Below, piece by piece: positions 26,912-36,059 of a stretch of 64,000 nt of DNA. Each line of letters starts with the position of its first letter. Positions within the stretch are counted from its first letter, which is position 1. The stretch covers positions 1,792,001-1,856,000 of the forward strand of contig CAVSGO010000007.1 in the NCBI GenBank assembly GCA_963727525.1, given 5' to 3'. The notes beneath the pieces are model-generated. The model had not been told where the DNA came from, did not search any database, and worked only from the letters and a program-made list of their open reading frames with translations. The position numbers were made by a program, and so were the translations under genes. The stretch comes from an uncultured bacterium (GTDB lineage: Bacteria > Krumholzibacteriota > Krumholzibacteriia > LZORAL124-64-63).

Positions 26912-29740
26912 CTACTGGACGATCACCATCTTGCGCGTCTCGGTGAAGTTCTTTCCGCTCAGACGGTAGAAATACGTGCCGCTGCTGGTCTTCAGACCGT
27001 GATCGTCACGGCCGTCCCAGGTGCGCGTGTACTGACCCGCCACCAGCGGTGCGTGCTCGAGCGTGCGAACTCGCTGGCCGCGCACGTCGAAGATCGTCAG
27101 CGACACCACGCCGGCGTCGGCCGGCACGCTGAAGCTTATCTGCGTGGAAGGATTGAACGGGTTCGGCGCATTCTGCGCCAGACCGAAGGCGGTGGGCAGC
27201 GCATCCGGCGTGGCCGTAGCCGCGCCGTCGCATTCGAAACCCGAGATATCGTAGAGCGCCCAGCCCACGAGCGTCCCGGTGCCGCCGTTGCCCTGGTCAC
27301 GCACGATGAGCTGCCAGTCGCCATCAAGCGGCTGACCCAGGAACGTGCTCAGCGGTTGCGCCGGCGTGAGCGTGTTGGGGTAGTTGCCGATGATGTTGTC
27401 GGCCGAGCCACCCTGGAACGCCGTCAGGAAGATCGACGTGCCCTGCGGCGAGACCAGGCGCACGATGAGATCGCCGATGTAGTCGTGCAGGATGTTCACG
27501 TCGAGGTTCAGGTTCTCGTCGACGGTGGCACCCGTACCGCTGATCGTGATCGTGCTGACGACCTGGTTGCCATCGTTGTCCGGCACCGGGGTGTTCGGGC
27601 TCGCCACACCGTAACCGCCGAGCGGTACACCCACGTAGAGCTGAGCCGATCGCGTCACGCTGGCCGGAACGCCGTTCACCTGGTAGTCAATGGCCAGGGA
27701 GAAAGCCATGAGAGTCCCGCACGCGACGTTGCCATCCACGGTGACGGTGTAATCCACCGTGCTGGTGCTCTGACCGTTCACTGGCAGGTCGGGATAGTTC
27801 GCCGTGTCCTGGACCACTGTCACACCCGGCGTGGAGGTGCTCAGCACCGCGCTCACCGCGGTGGCGCCGGCCAGTCCGCTGTTCGCCAGCGTCACCTGCA
27901 CGTCCACCGTCTCGCCAGGATCCGCCGCGCCGTTGCCCGACGGCTCGGACGTCACGGCGAAGGACGCGACACCCACCGCCGGCAGCGGTTCGAGGATGAT
28001 GTTGTGCACGAGGAACTTCTGCACGAAGACCCCGGCGTGCGGGCCGCCGGGCTCCATCGCCTGCGCCGTGGCGATGATGACGTTGGCCATGTCACGCATC
28101 TTGAGACCGCTGCCAAGACCGAACTTCGACTCGAGCAGGATCGAGTCTACCGATTCGCGGGTCTCGCCCATGCCCACCAGCGTGATCAGCGACTGGAAGA
28201 GCGGCGTGCTCCACAGTTCGTCCGACTGGTAGCCGCCGGGGATCGACACGTGCGCCGGGTAGAAGGTGGTGTGCACGTACTGCGCGCCGTTGGCGTTCAG
28301 GATGCGTCCCGGCCAGCACTGGTTGCCGTTGCCATGGCCGTCCCAGGAGTAGATGTAGTTGGGAAAGAACGTGGGACCATTGGGGGTGCTGTAGCTGTAG
28401 GAACCACCCCAGTAGTCGCCCCAGCCCTCGCCCATGGCGCCGGTGTCGCCGCCTGACCAGTTGTGATTGATGTCCGAATCGATCGCATGGCCATACTCGT
28501 GCCAGATCACGTCGGCATCCTCGTCGTCATCGACACAGCCGTGACCAAAGGCCAGTCGGTTGGAGCCGGGCAGGTAGTGCGAGTTGTCGGCGCCGCTGAG
28601 GCCGTCGGTGTCCGTGCCGATCGAGCCGTCCTGGATGCCCATGGCGCCCACGAAGCCGAGGTCCTGCATGTAGCGCTGGCTCTTGTCGAGCTGGAAGTAC
28701 ACCATCGCATCGTCGAAGGAATTGTCGCCGCGGGCGCGATTCCAGTTGCCGTCGGGCGTGGTGCTGGGCGCCGTATTGGGAGTCTCGAAGTTGATGATAT
28801 TCACCCAGGGGCCGTTGAGGCGATAGACGGAACCGTCGAATTCGATGTCCATCAGCGGCTCGGTGAAGTAAGCGTTGGTAAAGGCGCTGGCCGGCGAGTT
28901 GTCCTGGAGGTTGTTGTTGATCAGCGTGGTGCGCGGATCCGGGTCGAAGACCAGGCCGGTGCCGTTCACGCGCGACTTCGCCGCGTTCATCATGGCGGCG
29001 CGCTTGGCCTCGAGCTCGGTGATGCGCGCGAAGGCCGCCTGGCGATCGGCCAGCGGGCCCTGGTGCTGACTCAGACGAACCTCGACCGGATCGACCGGCT
29101 GACGGTACATGGCCGTGTCCGTCACCTCGACGATCTGGCCGGTCACCGCGTCGATGCGGCAGCGCCAGGCGCCGTCTGGACCGTCGAGATCGAGATCGAC
29201 CAGCCAGTTCAGGCGGAAGCTCTCGCCCTCGGGCGTGTAGACCAGCTTCGCCGCCGGTAGCGACCGCAGGTCGCCGTAGGCACCCAGATAGCCCCAGGCG
29301 ATGTCGTACGCCGTTTCGGCGTCCATGCCACCGCGGGGCAGGAACGTCGCGTTCTCGCCCACGGGGTAGGTATTGTTGAAGATGCGCATCACGTGCCCGT
29401 CGCGCTTGCTCACGGACACGATGAACTCGGCGCCCTCGACGGGCAGGCCATTGAGCATTTGCTGGAAGGTGACATGGCGGGCAAGCAAGCTTTCGCGTTC
29501 GCCGCTGGGCATGAGATTGCCCAGGTCGGACGGCAACGCATACCTGGTCGCCTGATCTTGCAGGAAAGCCTCGGCGGTGCCTTGCGCGGTCGCACCCGCG
29601 ACGGCGTGCCAGGCGGGGTCGAACTGGACCTTCGCGGTCTCGCGATAATCCGTATGATAGGTGTCCGTCGCCAGCGAGGCCGCGCTCGCGGCAAAAGCAC
29701 CGGTAGCTAGCAGACCGATGACCAGTACCTTCAATTTCAT
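26912..29740 (-). CDS. Secreted M36/M4-like zinc metallopeptidase with propeptide, proprotein-convertase P-domain and FlgD-Ig-like C-terminal domain
   Basis: Signal peptide; FTP/PepSY-like propeptide (IDAVTG); HEYGH...EGWGD zinc site; HDYIGDL...GDWQLIVRD P-domain; QNAPNPFNP...YFYRL tail. Confidence 0.85.
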   Translation of the reverse strand: MKLKVLVIGLLATGAFAASAASLATDTYHTDYRETAKVQFDPAWHAVAGATAQGTAEAFLQDQATRYALPSDLGNLMPSGERESLLARHVTFQQMLNGLPVEGAEFIVSVSKRDGHVMRIFNNTYPVGENATFLPRGGMDAETAYDIAWGYLGAYGDLRSLPAAKLVYTPEGESFRLNWLVDLDLDGPDGAWRCRIDAVTGQIVEVTDTAMYRQPVDPVEVRLSQHQGPLADRQAAFARITELEAKRAAMMNAAKSRVNGTGLVFDPDPRTTLINNNLQDNSPASAFTNAYFTEPLMDIEFDGSVYRLNGPWVNIINFETPNTAPSTTPDGNWNRARGDNSFDDAMVYFQLDKSQRYMQDLGFVGAMGIQDGSIGTDTDGLSGADNSHYLPGSNRLAFGHGCVDDDEDADVIWHEYGHAIDSDINHNWSGGDTGAMGEGWGDYWGGSYSYSTPNGPTFFPNYIYSWDGHGNGNQCWPGRILNANGAQYVHTTFYPAHVSIPGGYQSDELWSTPLFQSLITLVGMGETRESVDSILLESKFGLGSGLKMRDMANVIIATAQAMEPGGPHAGVFVQKFLVHNIILEPLPAVGVASFAVTSEPSGNGAADPGETVDVQVTLANSGLAGATAVSAVLSTSTPGVTVVQDTANYPDLPVNGQSTSTVDYTVTVDGNVACGTLMAFSLAIDYQVNGVPASVTRSAQLYVGVPLGGYGVASPNTPVPDNDGNQVVSTITISGTGATVDENLNLDVNILHDYIGDLIVRLVSPQGTSIFLTAFQGGSADNIIGNYPNTLTPAQPLSTFLGQPLDGDWQLIVRDQGNGGTGTLVGWALYDISGFECDGAATATPDALPTAFGLAQNAPNPFNPSTQISFSVPADAGVVSLTIFDVRGQRVRTLEHAPLVAGQYTRTWDGRDDHGLKTSSGTYFYRLSGKNFTETRKMVIVQ

Positions 29741-29863
29741 GTTCCACTCCTCGGAGAGTCGCCAGAAACACTACAGAGGCTGCCTATGATAACACAAAAA
29801 CCAGAACCGTACGTGAGGCGATTTCTACACCGACGGCCAAGGCTCGGCACTCCGGCATGCGAA

Positions 29864-29895
29864 GCGGCCCCCGGCGCCGCAGCACCGGGGGCCAC
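29864..29895 (-). terminator. Hairpin closing the cytochrome-rhodanese unit
   Basis: Minus-strand RNA GUGGCCCCCGGUGC-UGCG-GCGCCGGGGGCCGC pairs fully only with G-U wobbles, so it is strand-specific; it lies just after the rhodanese stop. Confidence 0.6.
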
Positions 29896-29916
29896 AAGTT
29901 AAACTCATACAATAAG

Positions 29917-31782
29917 TTACATGTTTGGCAGCGGCGTGACTTCCAGCGGGAAATCGTGCTGCGAGCCCGGCCCCCACGCGTGGGCCGTGAGGCTGTCGTG
30001 GAACAGGGCATTCGAGCCATTGCGAAGGCTGTAGGCCTCGTAGCCCAGCATGTTCAGGAACGCCGTGATCTGGGACGAGGTCTGCCCCGTCCAGCAGTAG
30101 ACCACGATCGGCTTGTCCAGGGGCAGGTGCCCGAGCAACTGGTCCAGGCCGAGGCTGCTGCCCGGCGAGAACTGGTAGGCGCCAGGAATGTGGCCCGGCG
30201 TGCCGGCGCTGCCGGTACCGTCGTAGTCGGCCTCGCCGAAGTAGTTGAGGATGAAGTAGTCACCCAGGTTGTCCTGGATGTCGGAGTACCCGATGCTCTT
30301 GAAACCGTCGGTGAGCATCGCCGCCACGCGGTCGGCCACGACGGTCTGCGGGGTCTCGTCCGCGAGCGTCGGATAGTCGTGCCAGACCAGCATGGTATTG
30401 TTGTGCGTGGTCTCGGGGTTGGTCAGCAGGTTGGCGCAGCTCGACGTCCAGTGGTCATAGCCGTCCTGGGTGCTCCATGACGACATGCCGAAGCCCAGCG
30501 TGTAGGTGTCGGTGTAGCCCATCATCTCGAGCGCGATCTTGGCGTGGCCTGCCGACTGGCCCGAGTAGCAGGCGACGACGAGCGGCTTGTCCGTGGGAAT
30601 CGTCGTGCCGACGTCGCTCAGCAGCGTGCCCAGCGAGGAATGGTACGCCCCGGCGATATGACCCGCGTCATACGTGGCCTGCGAGCGGATATCGATGACG
30701 GTGTAGTCCGACAGGTTGTCATAGAGCACCTGCGCCGAGATCACGCCCGGACAGTCGGCGGTGTTCACATAGTTGATGCCCGCGTCGAGCAACGTCTGGA
30801 AGGTCTCGTTCGGCTGGTAGCCGGAGGCCAGTGAGTAGTCGTGCTTCGACGTTTCGGCCCACGTGTGCGCCGTCAGGCTGCTGTGGAAGAGCGTGTTGGC
30901 GCCGTAGCGCAGGCTGTAGGCGTCGTAGCCGAGCATCTGCAGGTACGCGGTGACCTGCGACGACGTCTGGCTGGTCCAGCAGTAGACGATGATCGGCATG
31001 TCGGTGGGCAGGTATTTCAGCATCTGGTCCGCGCCCAGGCTCGCGCCCGGCGTGAACTGGAAGGCGCCCGGGATGTGGCCGGGCACGCCGGCGGTGCCGA
31101 CGCCGTTGTAGTCGTCCGCGCCGAAGTAATTCACGATGAAGTACGCGTCGAGATTGTCCTGGATATCGGACCATGCCTTGCCCCAGCTGCCGTTCAGCAG
31201 CATGGCCTGCACGCGCTCCTGAACGACCGTGGCCGGGGCCTCGGTGAGCACCGGGAATTCGTGTTCCACGAGACTGGCATTGTTGTTCGTGGTCTCGGGG
31301 CTGGCCAGGTTGTCGCCAACCGCGCCGTCCCAGCCGCCGCACAGCGCCGTGCTCCACGACGACATGCCGAAGCCCAGCGTGTAAACATCGGCGTAACCCA
31401 TCATCTCGAGAGCGATCTTGCCGCGGCCCGCGCTCTGACCGGTGTAGCAGGCCACGACCAGCGGCTTGTCCGTGGGAATCGTCGTGCCGACGTCGGTGAG
31501 CAGGGTGGCCAGCGACGAGTTGTAGGCGCCCGGGATGTGGCCGGCGAGGTAGGTGGCATTGCTACGGATGTCGATGACGGTGTAGTCGGCCAGATTGTCC
31601 TTCAAGGTCTGGGCCGAGATCACGCCCGGGCAGTCGGGCGAGTTGATGTAGGCCGCGCCCGCGGTCGCCATGGTCTCGAAGGCCGTGGTCGTGGGCGGCT
31701 GCGTGGTATCGTCATCCGAGCAACCCCAGAAGAGTGCCAGGACGAGCATAAGGAAAATCCAGCTGAGTCCCTTGCGATTCAT
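29917..31782 (-). CDS. Lipoprotein with four rhodanese domains (tandem duplication of a two-domain unit)
   Basis: Lipobox LFWG-C; GHIPGA/GHIAGA four times; active-site loops CYTGQ, CWTSQ, CYSGQ, CWTGQ; internal repeat at 879 nt offset. Confidence 0.9.
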   Translation of the reverse strand: MNRKGLSWIFLMLVLALFWGCSDDDTTQPPTTTAFETMATAGAAYINSPDCPGVISAQTLKDNLADYTVIDIRSNATYLAGHIPGAYNSSLATLLTDVGTTIPTDKPLVVACYTGQSAGRGKIALEMMGYADVYTLGFGMSSWSTALCGGWDGAVGDNLASPETTNNNASLVEHEFPVLTEAPATVVQERVQAMLLNGSWGKAWSDIQDNLDAYFIVNYFGADDYNGVGTAGVPGHIPGAFQFTPGASLGADQMLKYLPTDMPIIVYCWTSQTSSQVTAYLQMLGYDAYSLRYGANTLFHSSLTAHTWAETSKHDYSLASGYQPNETFQTLLDAGINYVNTADCPGVISAQVLYDNLSDYTVIDIRSQATYDAGHIAGAYHSSLGTLLSDVGTTIPTDKPLVVACYSGQSAGHAKIALEMMGYTDTYTLGFGMSSWSTQDGYDHWTSSCANLLTNPETTHNNTMLVWHDYPTLADETPQTVVADRVAAMLTDGFKSIGYSDIQDNLGDYFILNYFGEADYDGTGSAGTPGHIPGAYQFSPGSSLGLDQLLGHLPLDKPIVVYCWTGQTSSQITAFLNMLGYEAYSLRNGSNALFHDSLTAHAWGPGSQHDFPLEVTPLPNM

Positions 31783-31846
31783 CGCGTCAACTCCTCGGTC
31801 TGGCCCTGTGGGCCGTGAGCAGGGCGGCGGTCGCCCCATCGCGGTA

Positions 31847-31874
31847 CCGGCCGGCTCCCTCCGGAGCCGGCCGG
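31847..31874. other. Intergenic 12-bp GC stem-loop between the cytochrome and rhodanese genes
   Basis: ccggccggctcc-ctcc-ggagccggccgg with no U-tract; possibly an mRNA stabiliser or processing site. Confidence 0.45.
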
Positions 31875-31882
31875 CATGCGGA

Positions 31883-33298
31883 CTATTTGCCCGGGAACGA
31901 ACCCGGGATCACGATGTCGATGTTCGCGTCGTAATCGGGCAGCCTGGTCACGCCATCCGACTGGTAGAGATCGGACTCGCGCAGGAAGAAGCCCTCCGGT
32001 CCGTCCTGCGTGCCGTGGCACGACACGGTGCAGCTCTGGCCGTCCGGCACCGTTGTCTGCGCCGTCCACCGCTGGATGTTGTGCGGCGACGTGTAGACCC
32101 AGGTGGGACGGTCCAGGTAATTGGTCAGCGTCAGCCCCCAGTCGGCGAACGTATCCGGATCGACCGGCACGTGCCGCACGAGCGCGTAGTCATACCCGGT
32201 ACGATACGGGCTGGGGTTGCGCGCGATCTTGAGCTGCAGCACGCTGGGATCGATGTCCGACTTCAGCACGCCCTCGTCGCCGAGGTTGTGGCAGTTCGTG
32301 CAGTTCTTGTAGGGCTGCGAGTGACAGACCTGGCACTGCAAGCTCTTCCCCGGGCTGTTCACGTGTATCGAGTGGTAGGTGTTCGACGGCAGGGTGCCGT
32401 GGCAGCTCGCGTCCTCGCAACGCGGCATCGTGGCCACCTCGTAGCGGGCCACGTAGTGCGCACCGGTGTGCTGGTTGTCGCCGTGGATCTCTTCCTTGGT
32501 GTGGCAACCCTGGCACTGCATGCCGTTGGTGCGGTGAACGTCGGCCACGTTGCCCGCCAGCTCGCCCTTGAAGTCGGCGCCGATGCGGCTGCCGTGACAG
32601 GCGGTGCACTGCTCGTTCATGTCGGGCGTGGCCCGGAAACGGTGCGAGTAGTACGAGCCGATCTTCGGGAAGCCGCCGCCCACGCTGGCGGGTCGGCTGA
32701 TATGGCACTGGCCGCAGGTCGTGTGGCAACCGCCGCAACGTACCTCGTAGGCACCCTCGAAAGCCGAACCCTCGAAGGTGCAGCCGCAGCGCGCGGAGAT
32801 GGTGGCTTTCTCGCCCCACAGGTTGGTGTGCAGGCTGTTGGCGTTGGCCGCCGCTTCGGTGGCATGGCAGCCATCGCAGGCGCCGGTGGCGCTCGGATCG
32901 GATGTCAATCCCACGTGCGCCTCGGCCATCGTCGTGAACGTGCTGTCGGCCGCGCCGCCGTGGCAATCCTGGCAAGCGATCTGTCCGTGCACGCTGGAGA
33001 GGAACTGGTTTCCGTTGCTGCCGGTGATGATGACCTTTTCCCAAGCTTCCAGCTCGGGCACCTCGCCACCTCAGCCATCGTCCTTGTTGTAATCCGTATG
33101 CGCGACCTTGGTCGTAACACCGAGCGCGTCCTTGAGCATGGTCTCGTTCGCGTGGCAGCCGAGACAGGTCTTGTCCGTGGTCGTGTCGCCGCCGCCGCCA
33201 CCGGGATCGGTGGGGCCGCCGTCGTCGCTGCCGCCGCAGCCCCAGACCGCTACCAGAAGCAGCGCCGGCAAGAGTCTGCGAATGCCGTGTATCTTCAT
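31883..33298 (-). CDS. Selenocysteine-containing multiheme cytochrome c lipoprotein (471 aa, Sec76 encoded by TGA at 33073-33071)
   Basis: One frame from ATG 33298 (GGGAG RBS, lipobox VWG-C) through ...GAT GGC TGA GGT GGC GAG GTG CCC... to the stop at 31883. 9 CxxCH plus CEDASCH and CTVSCH. SECIS-like hairpin 12 nt after the TGA. The downstream part alone has no export signal. Confidence 0.82.
33040..33070 (-). promoter_or_regulatory. Candidate bacterial SECIS element
   Basis: UGA-GGUGGCGAGGUG-CCCGAGCU-GGA-AGCUUGGG: an 8-bp stem with one G-U pair and a G-initiated apical loop 20 nt after the UGA. Confidence 0.72.
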
Positions 33299-33317
33299 GG
33301 CCACTCCCATGGTTGCG

Positions 33318-33938
33318 CTACGGCGTTTCCACCGCAGCATCCGTACGTAATCCGCGAGCAAAGATCGGAACCGTATTGCAATAGACGTCGCGCGCGACGA
33401 ACTCCGGGCAGCTCATCACGCGCTCCCAGACGCCGAAATTCAGCGCGCAGTCCATGGCCATACCCACGAAGCAGCGGCTGGTGATGAAGGGTTCGATCGG
33501 ACGCACCTCGCCGCTGGCGATGCGCGCGTTGAGTTCTTCCGTGAGGAACCGGACGTAGGGCAGACGCACTTCCTTGAAAAGCACGTGCGCGACGTCGCCG
33601 CTCTCGAAGCTGTTGTTGACCATCAACCGCATGAGCGTGGAATCATCGAGAGTGATGGCGAGGATGTGCGCCGAGACCGCCTCGAGAAGCTGCTCCAGGC
33701 TGCCTTGACCCCGGCGTTGCGCGAGATAGCCAGCGATCTCGTGTTGCGCGGCCTTCTGCCGGATGACTGCCTCGTAGAGCGCGAGTTTGCTTGCAAAGTG
33801 ACGATAGATGGCGCCTTCCGTGATCCCGCACGCCGTGGCGACGGCGCGTACCGCCGTGCCGGCGAAACCGTGCTTCGCGAAGAGTTCGGTCGCGACCTCG
33901 AGGATCTGCTGCTTCCGATTGCCTGTGGCCTGTGGCAT
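33318..33938 (-). CDS. TetR/AcrR-family transcriptional regulator
   Basis: RKQQILEVATELFAKHGFAGT...GAIYRHFASK HTH; alternative GTG start at 33944. Confidence 0.93.
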   Translation of the reverse strand: MPQATGNRKQQILEVATELFAKHGFAGTAVRAVATACGITEGAIYRHFASKLALYEAVIRQKAAQHEIAGYLAQRRGQGSLEQLLEAVSAHILAITLDDSTLMRLMVNNSFESGDVAHVLFKEVRLPYVRFLTEELNARIASGEVRPIEPFITSRCFVGMAMDCALNFGVWERVMSCPEFVARDVYCNTVPIFARGLRTDAAVETP

Positions 33939-33968
33939 TGACACGTCCCGCTGGGTTCCCCGGAGTCA

Positions 33969-34015
33969 GTGAACGTTTACCAACTCGACGGTAATGGCTG
34001 TGAATGTATTGTCAA
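33969..34015 (-). promoter_or_regulatory. Promoter and candidate TetR operator of the tetR-cytochrome-rhodanese unit
   Basis: Minus strand TTGACA (34015-34010), 16 nt, TACCGT. Near-palindrome GTGAACGTTTAC at 33969-33980 just downstream of the -10 box. Confidence 0.55.
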
Positions 34016-34270
34016 GAACAGATCCCATGTTAACAATCCAGGATCACAACAATCGCGCTTTGTGGGCCAATATCTAGCGGTTTTCAGAAACAATCGAGGT
34101 GTCTTGAAGCAAATATCGGGCTAGACAGGGATGAATATGTTTATCAAATAACATATCATACCGTTTAAGTATGCGTCCGCCGCCTCGATCGAAATCCGGC
34201 GAGGATCCACCGTGGGCAGGAAGCGGTGGTGGCGCTATCATCCCGAAAACCGACAGCCAGCGAGGTGAGC

Positions 34271-34834
34271 ATGTCTGATCTCTACCATCGCGACCACGCC
34301 CTCACGCTCCTGCACGAGTTCACGCACGGCGAGGCCCTGCGCCGCCATGCCTACGCCGTGGAAGCCGCCATGCGCGCGGCCGCCCGGCGCACCGATCAGG
34401 ACGAGGATTACTGGGGCGCCGTGGGCCTGCTGCACGACTTCGATTACGAGATGTATCCCGAGCCGCCGGACCATCCGCTGAAGGGGGCGGACATTCTGCG
34501 CGAGCGGGGCTACCCGGAGACGTTCGTGCGCACCATCCTCGCCCACGCCAGCTACACCGGCATACCGCGCGACAACGAATGCGCGCGCTGGCTCTTCGCG
34601 GTGGACGAGCTGTGCGGCTTCTGCATGGCCTGCGCCATGGTGCAGCCGGATCGCCTCATCGCGCAGGTCAAGCCGTCTTCAGTGCGCAAGAAGCTCAAGA
34701 AGAAGGACTTTGCCGCCAAGGTGAATCGCGAGGAGATCGCCGAGGGCGCGGCCGACCTCGGCCTCACGGTGGACGAGACGATCGTCCACGTGCTCGAGGC
34801 GCTGGTGCCCATCGGCAACACTCTTGGCCTGTGA
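34271..34834 (+). CDS. HD-domain (HDIG-type) metal-dependent phosphohydrolase
   Basis: RRHAYAVEAAM, GLLHDFDYE, AVDEL, KDFAAKVNRE. Confidence 0.85.
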   Translation: MSDLYHRDHALTLLHEFTHGEALRRHAYAVEAAMRAAARRTDQDEDYWGAVGLLHDFDYEMYPEPPDHPLKGADILRERGYPETFVRTILAHASYTGIPRDNECARWLFAVDELCGFCMACAMVQPDRLIAQVKPSSVRKKLKKKDFAAKVNREEIAEGAADLGLTVDETIVHVLEALVPIGNTLGL

Positions 34835-34859
34835 GGCGGGCCGCGGCCATGGTGAACTC

Positions 34860-36059
34860 ATGACGCCATCGATTCCCACCGTCACCGTCACGGTGGACGC
34901 GCTGCGCGACCGCCTCGCCGCGCTCTGCCCCGACCAGGCCATCGATCTCGCCGGCGCGGTGCCGCTGCCGGTCGCTCTGCCGCACCGCGAAGCCTGGCTC
35001 GACTGGGTGGCCAGTGGGCGTCACGCTGGCCTGGAGTACCTGGCGCGCGACCCCGAGGGGCGCGCCGATCCCACGCGCCGCGACCCCTGGGCCCGCGCGC
35101 TGCTCGTCTTCGCCCAGCGTTACACCGACGGCTGGCCGGCCGACGACCCCTCCGCGCGTGAAGGAATCACGGCCGGCGGGACGTGGATCGACGGTGTCGC
35201 ACGTTACGCGCGCGGCGACGACTACCACGAGGTTCTGCACGACGCCATCGCCGCGGTGCTGAGGGGACTGGCGGACACGTGGCCCGGTCTGCGCGCGCAC
35301 CCGGCCGTGGACACCGGTCCTTATCTCGAACGCGAGTACGCGCTGCTGGCCGGTCTCGGCTTCGTCGGCAAGAACACTTGCCTCATCCACGAGCGCCTGG
35401 GTTCCGGCCTGTTCCTGGGCACGGCGCTCACGAATCTCGCGATCACGGGCCTGCCCGCCGCTGATCCGGGACGCGCCGAACCCCTCTACGCCACGGCCCC
35501 GCGTCCCCATCGCGCCCGGATCGGTCCGGCCGCCGCGAGCCGTTGCGGTTCATGCACGCGCTGCCTGGAGGCCTGCCCCACCGGCGCGCTCGTCGCCCCC
35601 TACGTGATGGACGCCAACCTCTGTCTCGCCACCTGGACCATCGAGTGGAAGGGGCACGCGCCGGCCGCCGCGCGCCACCGCCAGGGGGGCATCGTCTTCG
35701 GTTGCGACATCTGCCAGGCCGTGTGCCCCTGGAACGTGCGCGCCGCGCGCCGGGCCGCCGACGGCGAGACGGAGGTGCCGCCGCCTCCACCGGCCTACGC
35801 CACCCGCGCGGACCACGCCGAGATCGCCCTCGCCGACCTGATCGTGCTCGGCCGCGATGCCTTCCGCCAGCGCTTCCGCGCCACCGCGATCTGGCGTTGC
35901 CATCCCGAGGGCCTGCGCCGCAACGTGATGGTAGCGGTGGCGAATGCCAGGCGCCGCGATCTGCGCCTCGCCCTTGGCGCGGCTGCTCAGGAAGACCCTG
36001 ACCCGGAAGCCCGGCAGGTGGCCACCTGGGCCACGGACCAGCTTGGCGAGGAGGCCTGA
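34860..36059 (+). CDS. queG: Epoxyqueuosine reductase
   Basis: ARYARGDDYH, VDTGPYLER, GFVGKN, CGSCTRCLEACPT, FGCDICQAVCPWN. Confidence 0.92.
   Translation: MTPSIPTVTVTVDALRDRLAALCPDQAIDLAGAVPLPVALPHREAWLDWVASGRHAGLEYLARDPEGRADPTRRDPWARALLVFAQRYTDGWPADDPSAREGITAGGTWIDGVARYARGDDYHEVLHDAIAAVLRGLADTWPGLRAHPAVDTGPYLEREYALLAGLGFVGKNTCLIHERLGSGLFLGTALTNLAITGLPAADPGRAEPLYATAPRPHRARIGPAAASRCGSCTRCLEACPTGALVAPYVMDANLCLATWTIEWKGHAPAAARHRQGGIVFGCDICQAVCPWNVRAARRAADGETEVPPPPPAYATRADHAEIALADLIVLGRDAFRQRFRATAIWRCHPEGLRRNVMVAVANARRRDLRLALGAAAQEDPDPEARQVATWATDQLGEEA

Noticed and set aside
31883-33361. Two separate genes, a small monoheme lipoprotein and a multiheme protein starting at GTG 33061, as in the ORF track
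   Set aside because: A GAGGT does precede the GTG. However, the downstream product would lack any export signal needed for heme c attachment, and the same-frame TGA plus SECIS-like hairpin explains the layout better. Not formally excluded.
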